The notes under the pieces were generated by a model, which worked only from the letters and a program-made list of their open reading frames with translations, was not told the DNA's origin and ran no database searches. From positions 1-64,000 of the forward strand of contig JAEOSK010000010.1 of the NCBI GenBank assembly GCA_016840405.1: a DNA stretch of 64,000 bases, given 5' to 3'. Source of the DNA: Candidatus Hermodarchaeum yapensis (GTDB taxonomy: Archaea > Asgardarchaeota > Hermodarchaeia > Hermodarchaeales > Hermodarchaeaceae). The translations under genes and the position numbers were made by a program. Shown here in pieces: positions 50,483 through 60,582 of this stretch. The stretch's first letter is position 1. Each line of letters opens with the position of its first letter.

Positions 50483-51576
50483 GCTTCACGGTACATTTCA
50501 CGGATTTGTTTAGCTTGGGGCAGACTAATCCAGTCTAATACTGTTCCATTACATTCACGGAGTCGCATGGTTTCAAATAGCTCAGAGGTGGGACCACTGG
50601 CTAGCCCGTCCGCAAATAATGCAGCTCCCTGCGCTGCTTCCTTGGATTTATCGCCAATTCGCTGAACCCGTGTAACCGGAAGCCCAAAACACTGCATCCG
50701 CTTTTCGAGATCTTTAACCAATCCGGTGACACGTGTTAGTCTCCCTGATAGAAGAATTTCTTTTGGCTCGGGAACGGCTACTCCCAAAGCAGCAACTGAT
50801 TTGACAAGCCCTTCAGCAACAGCGTTCCACGCTTCCTGGGCTTGTTGATCATCATGTGCAAGTTGATCGGCAAAAGCCTCCGGGCTAAGGTTAGGATCAT
50901 CTAGTAATGACAACACTCCACCTTGAAAGAGGGTACCTTTCGAAAACCCTCGGAGAAGATATGCAAGCTCACCATCCATGCCACCTAAGGTTAAGAATCC
51001 CGGTCCGCCAATTGTTCCTCCAATTCCGTCAACCACAAGTCCATTGTCCACGGCGACAGCAGCAGGATAACCGTAACCTAGCTCAATCAGAATGAAGGAT
51101 GTGTCTTTATACGCTATCTTGAGGCGGCGAGCCTGATCATACACTCCGAGAATCGCACAACATAACTTGTCAGCTGTTCCTAGATCAATCCGATTATGCT
51201 TTCGCCAAGCTGGAACTGAATGAAGATGAATAACACCAGGGATGAACATCATATTGATGTCCGTTTTTTGGACCAGTCGCACCATATCTTTGATGGCTTC
51301 AAGAACTGGAATCTTGTCATCATCATGACGGACTAACACAAGTTGAAAGAATTCCTTCTCAGTTACTTCTGACGCATGGAGCAGAGGAAGCCCATATCCC
51401 GACGGACCTGCAACCAAGTCAACTTTACCCGCCTCCGTAATGACATCAAGGATACTTTGGGGATTCTCAGCAACCTCAACACTTGTAATCGAGGTCTGCA
51501 AAAACACTTCACCATCTTCTAAACCACAGAAATCGAACGAGCGAGTTCCAGGATCAATGCCAATAACACGAACCAT
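50479..51576 (-). CDS. DUF1464-family ASKHA (butyrate-kinase-like) protein
   Basis: IGIDPGTRSFD, GPSGYG, NRIDLGTADK, DGELAY, KEAAQGAA. Confidence 0.85.
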   Translation of the reverse strand: MVRVIGIDPGTRSFDFCGLEDGEVFLQTSITSVEVAENPQSILDVITEAGKVDLVAGPSGYGLPLLHASEVTEKEFFQLVLVRHDDDKIPVLEAIKDMVRLVQKTDINMMFIPGVIHLHSVPAWRKHNRIDLGTADKLCCAILGVYDQARRLKIAYKDTSFILIELGYGYPAAVAVDNGLVVDGIGGTIGGPGFLTLGGMDGELAYLLRGFSKGTLFQGGVLSLLDDPNLSPEAFADQLAHDDQQAQEAWNAVAEGLVKSVAALGVAVPEPKEILLSGRLTRVTGLVKDLEKRMQCFGLPVTRVQRIGDKSKEAAQGAALFADGLASGPTSELFETMRLRECNGTVLDWISLPQAKQIREMYREA

Positions 51577-51590
51577 CGGTCACAACCTCT

Positions 51591-52826
51591 TCACTTATTG
51601 TTACCTTCTACTTTTTGAATTCGATGAATAGGTCTAAGATTGTTGTAAATCGTTTTAACAATATCCCACGCCCTATCGAGCGCTGTTTTCCTGGTAGCTG
51701 CAATGTGATTGACCGTACATACAGGGTCTCCCCGACTAGCTACACTACCTGGCATTGGGATGTCAACAATCCCTGGAATATTGCTTAGATTGGGAATCTC
51801 ACAATCTGTTTGCGCATAGACAATCACACGGGCGCAGAATGCTCGGATTATTGGCTCATCTTTAGGAAGGTGGCCTTGACATGCTTGAAGATGAAGTGAG
51901 ACGACATTGACATTACTGACCAATTCAATGGCTTCGATGGTAGCCTGAATCCGAGGATTGATTTCCATGAAATACGGTGTTTCCGAGGCATCAACCACAA
52001 AATCAAAACCATTACTACCCTGCAATTCAAGATGGCAACTGATATCTTCAGAGATTGTCGCAAGGTGTGCTTTGATCTCAGGGCTAGTCTCGAGCGGAAT
52101 GATGTTTCCACAATAGGCTTTGGTTCTTCTCTTACCCAGTTCAGGAAGACCAATTAATTGTTCATTAACAGATACTGTGACTGCCTCCTGCCCGTTACCA
52201 AGAATAGACACACTGGCATCTATTCCAGCAATCAAGTTCTGGACAAGAATTGGATTGGGAATTGAGAAATGGTGCCGATCCGCATAGGAGTCGAGTTCTG
52301 CTTCTGATTCAAGGACACGAGTATGGAATCCCCCACTTCCAAATTTTGGTTTCACAATTATTGGTAATTCCAGCTTATTCACGGCTGCTTGAAAGGTCTT
52401 TTGACTATTCACCTCAAAGCTAGTTGGAAGAGCGGCTCCATACTTTTTAGCGATCTTATTAGTCAATTGACGATTTCGGGCATTAATCATGACTTCGGTT
52501 GTATTTCCGGCAAGAGGGGCTAGATTGCCTAAGCGTTTCCAGGCTTCTGGATGGTCGTCAAAACCCCCACTCGCAATGATATAGTCAACGGGTCCGGCTT
52601 TATCTAAGAGTTGTTGGACACCACTAACCAAGGCATCAGCGGTTGGAATTTGAGGTCGGTCGGGTCTTTGGTTTGGCTGTTGGTCGAGTACACTAAGCTG
52701 CTCGTCGGTCCATTGAATAAGATCCAAATCCCCCCAAAAATCGACAGCTAGCACTTTCATTCCTGCCTTCTTGGCAGACCGTGCAAGCGGACGAACATTG
52801 AAGCCTACTACGAGAACTGAAGACAT
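51591..52826 (-). CDS. ATP-grasp protein associated with methanopterin biosynthesis
   Basis: VRPLARSA...DFWGDLD, IVKPKFGSGG, GSNGFDF, MEINPR, GDPVCTV. Confidence 0.85.
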   Translation of the reverse strand: MSSVLVVGFNVRPLARSAKKAGMKVLAVDFWGDLDLIQWTDEQLSVLDQQPNQRPDRPQIPTADALVSGVQQLLDKAGPVDYIIASGGFDDHPEAWKRLGNLAPLAGNTTEVMINARNRQLTNKIAKKYGAALPTSFEVNSQKTFQAAVNKLELPIIVKPKFGSGGFHTRVLESEAELDSYADRHHFSIPNPILVQNLIAGIDASVSILGNGQEAVTVSVNEQLIGLPELGKRRTKAYCGNIIPLETSPEIKAHLATISEDISCHLELQGSNGFDFVVDASETPYFMEINPRIQATIEAIELVSNVNVVSLHLQACQGHLPKDEPIIRAFCARVIVYAQTDCEIPNLSNIPGIVDIPMPGSVASRGDPVCTVNHIAATRKTALDRAWDIVKTIYNNLRPIHRIQKVEGNNK

Positions 52827-53050
52827 TATTTAAAACACAGTGGCAATTTGAGTTCTTCAAGGTTAATCTTTCATCTTTTAGAAACCTTTCCACACGGGAA
52901 CTTTGTTTGTTGAATTGGTTTATGGTGTTTGATTTTTGTTGAGGAGTTCGCATCAGTCCAGGGAATCATGGAAAGAACTGAAAATGTTTAATAACGTCCA
53001 CTGACGGAGACAATCTTAGAAACATGCAATACGACCAGCGGGGAATATGC

Positions 53051-53521
53051 ATGACACAAGCAGAGGACACACCTGACAACGTAACAATACCGACCTTCTG
53101 TCACAAATGTCAACAAGAAATCTACATCAGCTTGCCAAAGATCCTCATTGACAATGCCAACTCCTATCCGGTCAGCCATGCCCACCTTCATGGTAACCCA
53201 CCCCATGTCTTGGTTATCTATGTTGACCGTCAATACTTTATTCGGGGTACCGAACTAAGTGAAACCGTTACCGTAGAACGTGCCCGAAAAACCACGCCAC
53301 TTAGTGCAATGGTGCTCCTCCGAATCCCGCCCCGGTTCAAACAAACTGCAATGGCCATGCTGAAACTCCGCCAAGCCAATTCTACTGAAATTGCGGCCAT
53401 TACAGGTAAAACTCAGAATGCAGAGTCTAAATACCTTGGAGCCATGTTTCGACTGGGCTATTTGGAAAGAATCCGTGTCAAACGCTTCTTTCAATATGCC
53501 ATCCCTGGAAAATCCCGCTGA
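53051..53521 (+). CDS. Asgard-type Zn-binding domain plus winged-helix protein
   Basis: CHKC...HLHGNPPH...YVDRQYFIRG, then ANSTEIAAITGKTQNAESKYLGAMFRLGYL (wHTH). Confidence 0.72.
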   Translation: MTQAEDTPDNVTIPTFCHKCQQEIYISLPKILIDNANSYPVSHAHLHGNPPHVLVIYVDRQYFIRGTELSETVTVERARKTTPLSAMVLLRIPPRFKQTAMAMLKLRQANSTEIAAITGKTQNAESKYLGAMFRLGYLERIRVKRFFQYAIPGKSR

Positions 53522-53544
53522 GTCAACTCAAAAGAGGTAAAAAG

Positions 53545-54375
53545 ATGACCTATGCTTCAATAAGCAGCTGGAATCCCCGATCGAAGATTAACAAATCGAT
53601 CACCGTTCATAGCTACAAAGGAGGCACTGGTAAATCTAACCTCTCAGCCAATGCAGCTCTAATCTTAGCAAAAAGAGGATACAATGTTGTCCTCTTTGAT
53701 TTTGATTTTCGCGCTCCAAGCCTAAATGCGCTCTTCCAAATGAATGGCACCCAATATTGGATTAACGATTGGCTCGCTCAACGCTGTGAACTCACTGAGG
53801 TTCTTGTTGATCTTAGTGCTCAGTTTCACACCAAAGGTCGATTCCAAGTAGGATTCACTAATCCCAGTGGGAAAGCCATTAACGAAATGACCATCCACAG
53901 CCTTGACGAAGAATGGCAAGCCCGGGTTCTTCAACTTGTTCTTGATGGGAAAGACCTCCTCTTTGAGAGACACAATGTCAACTTTCAAATCTTCGATACC
54001 AGTCCTGGCTTTGCGATGAGCTCCATCAACGCAATCTTGGCGGCTGATGAACTCATCTTGGTCATTAAAATGGATCAACTAGACATTGTCGGAACTCAAC
54101 ACCTCATTCGTGGGGTCTATAACCAAACTCTCGGTAAAAAACCTGAATTAATTGTGAATAAAGTTCCCTGCAGCATGTTGCAAACACCGGATGATTATAA
54201 ACGCCTTAAAATCGATTTGAGTAAGAAATTGGGTGTTGGAATCATTGAGATTATTCCCTGTTTTTGTGAAGTAATGGAAAACATGGGTCAGACCCTCTTT
54301 GTAGAGAAACAGCCTGACCATGAATTTTCCAAATCGATTGGTCAACTGGCATCGTATTTTGAATTAGGAAATTAA
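53545..54375 (+). CDS. MinD/ParA-family ATPase
   Basis: Deviant Walker A SYKGGTGKS, DFDFRAPSL, DTSPG, IVNKV; GAGGT RBS. Confidence 0.9.
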   Translation: MTYASISSWNPRSKINKSITVHSYKGGTGKSNLSANAALILAKRGYNVVLFDFDFRAPSLNALFQMNGTQYWINDWLAQRCELTEVLVDLSAQFHTKGRFQVGFTNPSGKAINEMTIHSLDEEWQARVLQLVLDGKDLLFERHNVNFQIFDTSPGFAMSSINAILAADELILVIKMDQLDIVGTQHLIRGVYNQTLGKKPELIVNKVPCSMLQTPDDYKRLKIDLSKKLGVGIIEIIPCFCEVMENMGQTLFVEKQPDHEFSKSIGQLASYFELGN

Positions 54376-54388
54376 ATGGTGATAGGAT

Positions 54389-56881
54389 GTGACTCGCGAC
54401 GATGAAACGATGGAACTTCGTCGAATCACAATCCTAGAACGCAACGCTGATTATTATGATGCTGCGAAACGATGCTTTACCATATATCAGCGAACCAAAA
54501 ATCCTGATTTTGCTTTTCGGGGATTTGACAATTTATATAACAGTGTCTGGAGCGCCAATTCTCTTCAGGAAATGAAAGCAACTCTCTCAGAGTTGGTTAC
54601 TCTTGTCAACAAAGCGCTCGAATCGAACATGCTCAAAGAAGACCAGATCAATCACATGCAGGCAATAGGCTTTGAAGCGGAGGGTTGGCTTGCTGATCCC
54701 CCACATCCTGAGCGACTTGAAAAAGCCATCAAACTTTTCGTACAAATTGGTGAAATTTCGCGGGCTTTGGATCTCATTCCAAGTCTAGTTGCCTTCGAGG
54801 AACCTGAATGGCAAGTCCATTGGACGAAATATGGAATTGAACTCGCTACTGATTTACCCTCTGAGAAAAGTTACGCCTACTACCTATTACTCATTGAACC
54901 GCTTTTATTCTATGCAGAAGGTGAAGAAAAGAAAACCCTCCTAACAGAAATTTTCCAAAAAACCGAAGCGTTAAGCCAAGTCCCAAATCGAACACACATT
55001 GGAAATATTGCGGTGTTGAATGGAATTGACTTGATTCACCCCTACCGAATTGAAGCTGAAAAAACCAAACAGATTCTTCATAATAATGTTCATGAACTGG
55101 TCCGCTCACTTTCTACAGTCACTAATAATCGTTTACGTGGAATGATACTGAGCCTCTTAGGAAGTTCTTTTTACAGAATGGCTGAAACAGAAAAAGACCC
55201 TGATATCCGACAAGAACTGTACAAAAAAGCCAAGGACTATTTTTTAGAATCGGTTGTTACTTTGGAGCGAACACCCACATACGGGGAGTTATTCCACGCC
55301 TATACTCTGGCTGGTACAGGATTTCTTTCCATCGCTGAACTCGAACAGAACTTCGAACAAAGGAACGAATTCTATCGGTTGGGCGAAGAACATCTACGAA
55401 AATCGCGTGAAATCGGGGAAAAGACACAGCTCTACCAACTTCGAGCACGAGCCGCTATTAACCTTGGAGTAGCTTTAGAACGAGTAACTTGGTTCGACAT
55501 GAATCCCGAAAGCCGTAAAGAGAGACTCAAGGAAATCTATAATCTGCAACTCGAAGGCCGGGATTTGGCTGAAAAAACAAAAGGACTTCGCGCTGCAGGC
55601 TATGCCACAATGAATGCCAGTGAGATGTGTGGTTTCCTCTCCGACTTGGAAACACGGAACGACAAGAAACAAGAATGGGCCATCCAACAACGAGACCTCA
55701 GCCAAACCGGTCTTGCGTTATTGGAACAAACTCAGGACCTACGAGGACAACTTGTCGCCCTAAGCTATGCGGCTTTTGCCTGCGCCAAGCTAGCTGATCT
55801 TTCACCAACGCTAGAGGAAAAGCAACCGCTCTATGAAGAAATGCTCAGCTATGGAGAACGAGCAATTGAGATTGTAGAAAAAGTTCCGGATCCTGTTGCT
55901 ACAGCTTATGCCTTTGATCAAGCCGGAGATGCCGCCCAACACTTGGGTATACTAACTGGAAATGCGGAACTTCTTGGAAAGGCTTCAAAATTATTTGAAA
56001 AAGCTATTGAAGATTGGGCTAAAACTGGTGAAAGTCACAAACGAGCTCAAACCATAACCAAACTAGCTGACAACCTGCTCTTCCTAAGCAGTCTAGATTT
56101 CACACCTGCTGAACCTGAACGCCAAGAGTTGCTCGAGCAAAGCACACAATATCATTTTCAAGCAGCTGAACTATTTACCAAACTCTTCTTTTTCCACGAT
56201 GTGGGTGAAAACTATTGGCGTATTGGTCAAATTCACCTTCTCAAAGAAGACTTCAATGGAGCTCAGGAATTTTTCGACAAGGTTCAGAAGTCATTTGATC
56301 AGGTATCAGAGATTGTCCCTGATCTAGCTGAAGTGTATTCGGTATTCCGAACCTATGGCGTCACATTAGTTGGACTGATAGATGGTCTCAATATCATCAA
56401 CCGTGGTGATCATGCCCATGCTGCGAAACTTTTCGACGATTTAGCAAAAAGCTTGAACCAAGAAACTGATCGAAGCTTGCGAAGCCTCCGTCAGCTCCTA
56501 GTTGCTCTAACATCAATCAGCAAATATGCCGCAACTAACGATGCAACCCATCGTGAGAACGCTGAAAAAGAGCTGAATCGCTTACGCTCTCAACTAAATC
56601 CAGACGCCTACGAACAAATGCTTCCGTTTAGTCTACAAAAAACTGTTCACCGATTACAGGTTTTCTTGATAGCACCTAAACTCTTCTTTCCTCCTCTTCT
56701 GTTGGATCTTCCACTCCAAGAAAAGATGCTAGCGATAACCCAAACCCGGCACATCGTCAGCACTGCACTCAGCTTGTATCAATCAACTGCTGGAAAACGA
56801 GACGTTACTGTTGATGAACCTTCAGAAGATGTGCTGCGAAACTATGTTGCTCGCATTAGCTCTATTCTTGAAGAACGTTAG
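54389..56881 (+). CDS. TPR-like alpha-solenoid protein (830 aa)
   Basis: All-helical, with five consecutive repeats at an exact 51-aa period. Confidence 0.78.
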   Translation: MTRDDETMELRRITILERNADYYDAAKRCFTIYQRTKNPDFAFRGFDNLYNSVWSANSLQEMKATLSELVTLVNKALESNMLKEDQINHMQAIGFEAEGWLADPPHPERLEKAIKLFVQIGEISRALDLIPSLVAFEEPEWQVHWTKYGIELATDLPSEKSYAYYLLLIEPLLFYAEGEEKKTLLTEIFQKTEALSQVPNRTHIGNIAVLNGIDLIHPYRIEAEKTKQILHNNVHELVRSLSTVTNNRLRGMILSLLGSSFYRMAETEKDPDIRQELYKKAKDYFLESVVTLERTPTYGELFHAYTLAGTGFLSIAELEQNFEQRNEFYRLGEEHLRKSREIGEKTQLYQLRARAAINLGVALERVTWFDMNPESRKERLKEIYNLQLEGRDLAEKTKGLRAAGYATMNASEMCGFLSDLETRNDKKQEWAIQQRDLSQTGLALLEQTQDLRGQLVALSYAAFACAKLADLSPTLEEKQPLYEEMLSYGERAIEIVEKVPDPVATAYAFDQAGDAAQHLGILTGNAELLGKASKLFEKAIEDWAKTGESHKRAQTITKLADNLLFLSSLDFTPAEPERQELLEQSTQYHFQAAELFTKLFFFHDVGENYWRIGQIHLLKEDFNGAQEFFDKVQKSFDQVSEIVPDLAEVYSVFRTYGVTLVGLIDGLNIINRGDHAHAAKLFDDLAKSLNQETDRSLRSLRQLLVALTSISKYAATNDATHRENAEKELNRLRSQLNPDAYEQMLPFSLQKTVHRLQVFLIAPKLFFPPLLLDLPLQEKMLAITQTRHIVSTALSLYQSTAGKRDVTVDEPSEDVLRNYVARISSILEER

Positions 56882-56969
56882 TAGGATTATTTGACAGTAT
56901 GGAGTAAAAACTAGGGCAAAGGGGCGAAGATTTTTATTACTTCTATTGCCTTTGCCGATAAGAGGAGTT

Positions 56970-57896
56970 ATGGTGTCATTATCAGTAAAGAACCTAATTA
57001 GTATCGCAGACCTAAGCACCGAAGAAATCATCGCCATTCTTGACCGGGCAGACAAAATGGAAACCATTGTCAAAAGTGGCAAGCCCTCGAAATTACTAGG
57101 GGGAAAAATACTTGCAGCTCTCTTCTATGAACCTTCCACGCGAACACGTCTTAGCTTTGAATCAGCAATGGCTCGACTTGGAGGATCAAGCATTACAGTA
57201 GCAGATATCGGAGCCTCCTCAGTGGCAAAAGGAGAATCCTTAGCTGATACTATTCGTACAATCGAGAATTACGCTGATGTTATAGTCCTGCGACATCCCC
57301 AAGAAGGCGCCGCTCAATGGTCTTCTGAAGTAGCTCGAATTCCAGTTATTAATGCCGGGGATGGGGCTGGTCGCCATCCCACGCAAACACTTCTAGACCT
57401 CTCGGTAATTCGACGAAGCCAGGGCAAGTTGGAAAACCTAAATATTGCAATGCTTGGAGACTTACGATTCGGACGGACGGTTCATTCTCTATCATATGCT
57501 ATTACGCGGTTCACTGACCGCTTATATTGTATTTCACCAGAAGGGCTCGAACTCCCCGCTGAAATCGCAATGGATCTCCGAGAAATGGGTAAAGAAGTGA
57601 TTGAAACAACGGACCTACAAAAAATCCTACCTGAACTGGATGTACTATACGTTACTCGAATCCAAAAAGAACGATTCCCCACTCCCGCTGATTATGAAAA
57701 AGTGAGTGGCATTTATCGGATCGATAATGAGCTCCTGAAGGATGTGAAACCCACTCTCGACATCCTTCATCCGCTACCACGGGTGGAAGAAATCGCCCCT
57801 GAGGTTGATAGCACTCCCTATGCTCGCTATTTCATCCAAATGTTCCATGGCGTTCTTGTTCGAATGGCGATTCTCACAATGTTATTGGAGGCATAA
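56970..57896 (+). CDS. pyrB: Aspartate carbamoyltransferase, catalytic subunit
   Basis: FYEPSTRTRLSFE, INAGDG..HPTQTLLD, YVTRIQKER, LHPLPR. Confidence 0.97.
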   Translation: MVSLSVKNLISIADLSTEEIIAILDRADKMETIVKSGKPSKLLGGKILAALFYEPSTRTRLSFESAMARLGGSSITVADIGASSVAKGESLADTIRTIENYADVIVLRHPQEGAAQWSSEVARIPVINAGDGAGRHPTQTLLDLSVIRRSQGKLENLNIAMLGDLRFGRTVHSLSYAITRFTDRLYCISPEGLELPAEIAMDLREMGKEVIETTDLQKILPELDVLYVTRIQKERFPTPADYEKVSGIYRIDNELLKDVKPTLDILHPLPRVEEIAPEVDSTPYARYFIQMFHGVLVRMAILTMLLEA

Positions 57897-57900
57897 ACAG

Positions 57901-58419
57901 GTGGCTACCAAAAAAACAGAATCGAGTAAGACAACAACCGAGGAAAAAGTCAATGAATTGTTAGTTAAGAAAATCACTGCTGGTACTGTAATCGACCACA
58001 TCACAGCGGGCTATGCTCTAGCGGTCATGCAAATACTGGGAATCACTGGTCGCGAAGGTGACATTATTAGTATCGCTATGAACGTTCAAAGCAAACGGAT
58101 GAAGAAAAAAGACATCATCAAAGTTGAGGGTCGCGAATTAACCACTGATGAGATAAATCGAATTGCTCTTGTTTCACCCAACGCCACCATTAACATCATC
58201 CGGAAATATAAGATTCATAAAAAAACAAGAATTGCAGTTCCAGATGAAATTGTTGGAATTGTGAGATGTCAAAATCCTAGTTGCATTACAAACAATGAAA
58301 GGGGGATTACCAGTAACTTCAAGGTTGTAGGGAGAAAACCTGTCATTCTCCGCTGCAGTTACTGTAAACGTATCACTGGCCACGACCATATCATCGAACA
58401 ACTCCTTGGACTCTGTTAG
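57901..58419 (+). CDS. pyrI: Aspartate carbamoyltransferase, regulatory subunit
   Basis: GTVIDHI, KKDIIKVE, CQNPSCIT, CSYC; GGAGG precedes GTG 57901. Confidence 0.95.
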   Translation: MATKKTESSKTTTEEKVNELLVKKITAGTVIDHITAGYALAVMQILGITGREGDIISIAMNVQSKRMKKKDIIKVEGRELTTDEINRIALVSPNATINIIRKYKIHKKTRIAVPDEIVGIVRCQNPSCITNNERGITSNFKVVGRKPVILRCSYCKRITGHDHIIEQLLGLC

Positions 58420-58451
58420 ACCCCTGCCTTCTAATACGAGGCGATCATGAA

Positions 58452-59846
58452 ATGACAAAATTGTTCGGGCAAGCATTTATCAAAGCACTTGAAGAACGCA
58501 CGAAGTCCACCCAATCACGAGTTATTCATGCTATGGATATTGCGGACACGTTGCCTCCAGGTGCTCCTGATTCAGCTCGTCGAAATTTAGTTGAACGAGC
58601 ATGTCATCATGCTGCTGCAGTAGAACCACACGTTGTTGCCCTCAAATTAAATTATCCCCTGGTGCTAGCGACGGGATTAGAAATCGCTCATCATATCAAA
58701 ATGGTGGCTCCTAATCTTCCTTTAATTGCTGATTTTAAAGTCGCAGATATTGACAACACCAATGCTTGGATTGCCCGTCACACTTATGCTGCAGGCATTG
58801 ACGCCATTATTGTCCAAGGCTTCATTGGTGATGATGCTATCCAAGCTGTTTTGGATGAAGCCCGGAATTATGGTGACCGAGGAGTAATTCTGGTTGTCGA
58901 CATGAGTCATCCAGGTTCGCTTCAATTCATCCATCCCCAAACTCCAAAGCTAGCGAAATTGGCTGTCAAGCTAAAAGTGACCGGTGTCATTTCTCCTGGA
59001 ACGCGACCCCCCCATGTCCGTGATATCCGAACATGGGTTGGACCTGACACCCTCGTTCTAGCCCCTGGCGTCGGTGCTCAAGGTGGAAAGCCTGGTTCTG
59101 CTATCGCTGCTGGAGCAGATTACGAAATTATTGGGCGATCGATTTATCAAGCTGAAGACCCAGCTCAAATAGCTAGGGAATTTGCCAAGCAAACCTTTCA
59201 GGCGGGTGAGAAACGGGATTCAGGACCTTCGCAAAGAGAGGTGTTTATCCACAATGTAGCCCTGCTCTTAGATGATGTTGGTGCCATCAAATTTGGAAGC
59301 TTCACTCTAGCCTCCGGTAAAAAAAGCCCTTACTATATTGATTTACGAATCGTTCCATCATTTCCTGACGCTTTCTCACGGTTAATCGACTTGTTTGTCG
59401 AATGGCTTGCTGAACACCCTAAGGTGTCCTTTGATCGTATTGCTGGTGTACCCACGGCTGGTATCTCCTTTGCCACAGCTCTCAGTCAACGTCTCAATAA
59501 ACCGATGCTCTATGTTCGCAGCCAACCTAAGAAATACGGACGTCAACAACGGGTTGAAGGCATCCTCAAAAAAGGCGATGAAGTGCTCGTTGTCGATGAC
59601 CTCATTACCGATGGTGGGAGTAAACTCGCTGCCGCACAATCTGTACGGGATGCTGGTGCTAAGGTGTCCGATGTCTTGGTTGTGGTTGATCGAGAACAAG
59701 GTGGGGCTGACCAACTTGCTAAAGAGAAACTAACACTCCATTCCCTAGCACCAATTACACAAATCGTACGGGCTTTGTTTGCTGAAAAACGATTATCCCA
59801 AGAGGAAACCAATGGTATTCTAGCTTACATCGCCGAGGACCAATAG
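58452..59846 (+). CDS. pyrF: Bifunctional OMP decarboxylase-orotate phosphoribosyltransferase (PyrF-PyrE fusion)
   Basis: N-terminal half DFKVADIDNT, PGVGAQGG, IIGRSI. C-terminal half FTLASGKKSPYYIDLR, VVDDLITDGGS, VVDRE. Confidence 0.93.
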   Translation: MTKLFGQAFIKALEERTKSTQSRVIHAMDIADTLPPGAPDSARRNLVERACHHAAAVEPHVVALKLNYPLVLATGLEIAHHIKMVAPNLPLIADFKVADIDNTNAWIARHTYAAGIDAIIVQGFIGDDAIQAVLDEARNYGDRGVILVVDMSHPGSLQFIHPQTPKLAKLAVKLKVTGVISPGTRPPHVRDIRTWVGPDTLVLAPGVGAQGGKPGSAIAAGADYEIIGRSIYQAEDPAQIAREFAKQTFQAGEKRDSGPSQREVFIHNVALLLDDVGAIKFGSFTLASGKKSPYYIDLRIVPSFPDAFSRLIDLFVEWLAEHPKVSFDRIAGVPTAGISFATALSQRLNKPMLYVRSQPKKYGRQQRVEGILKKGDEVLVVDDLITDGGSKLAAAQSVRDAGAKVSDVLVVVDREQGGADQLAKEKLTLHSLAPITQIVRALFAEKRLSQEETNGILAYIAEDQ

Positions 59847-59857
59847 TAGAGTCTTGA

Positions 59858-60556
59858 TTATTCAGATTTTTTGATAATAACGAGTTGATTTCCAACATAT
59901 ACAATGAATATTAGGCCAAATATTCCAAGAATGAAGGCCAGTGGGTAATGTACAACCTCAAATGGTACTACAATCGATGCTGGCGCCCATAGTTCAAATA
60001 AAATACGAAGAAAATTCCCTACTCCGATAACTAGCATCGTGGTTAGTCCGATATTGAATCGATCTGGACGGGGCTGGGGCGATTTGTCAGCTAATAAGAG
60101 CAAGAGGAGACTGGGAAATAAGACAATAAGTCCTGCACAGGCGTTATCAATCTCCCCTCCTACCAATCGACCAGTCCCCAATTCCTGAACTATGACGGAA
60201 ATCTGTGCTCCACCAAAATGTGGGTTGAATGAAAGCCAATATGGGACATTTAAGGAGAGAAGCGCAGTTGAAACCATTTGTGCAATGATGTGCTGGAGAG
60301 GCCAGAAATCTATGAAAATTATTGGCATTGCAGAAAGCGTAACTACAATTATCAATCTTCTAATTTGGGTGACTTGAAAGGCTCGGGAAGATTGTAAGAA
60401 AATCGTTGTCCCTATAATGATCGACAAGATGGAAAGAGGGCTAAGAAATGCAGGAAGGATTGCATAACCTATTCCTCCAAGGGTTATGAAGCTGAATCCT
60501 GCGAAGAGATGTATAATGGCTGGAGAGTACTCATAAGCCTGACTAACCCGCCTCAT
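59858..60556 (-). CDS. Exosortase/archaeosortase-family membrane transpeptidase
   Basis: Multi-TM, with the Cys-Arg-His triad in family context: EIDNACAGL, GNFLRI, VVHYPL. Confidence 0.72.
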   Translation of the reverse strand: MRRVSQAYEYSPAIIHLFAGFSFITLGGIGYAILPAFLSPLSILSIIIGTTIFLQSSRAFQVTQIRRLIIVVTLSAMPIIFIDFWPLQHIIAQMVSTALLSLNVPYWLSFNPHFGGAQISVIVQELGTGRLVGGEIDNACAGLIVLFPSLLLLLLADKSPQPRPDRFNIGLTTMLVIGVGNFLRILFELWAPASIVVPFEVVHYPLAFILGIFGLIFIVYVGNQLVIIKKSE

Positions 60557-60582
60557 TTATTCATCACAACTCTGATTCATCG

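Noticed and set aside
53545-54375. ParA-type ATPase as a sign of a plasmid or provirus
   Set aside because: No integrase, replication, capsid or att features were seen, and the flanks are housekeeping genes.
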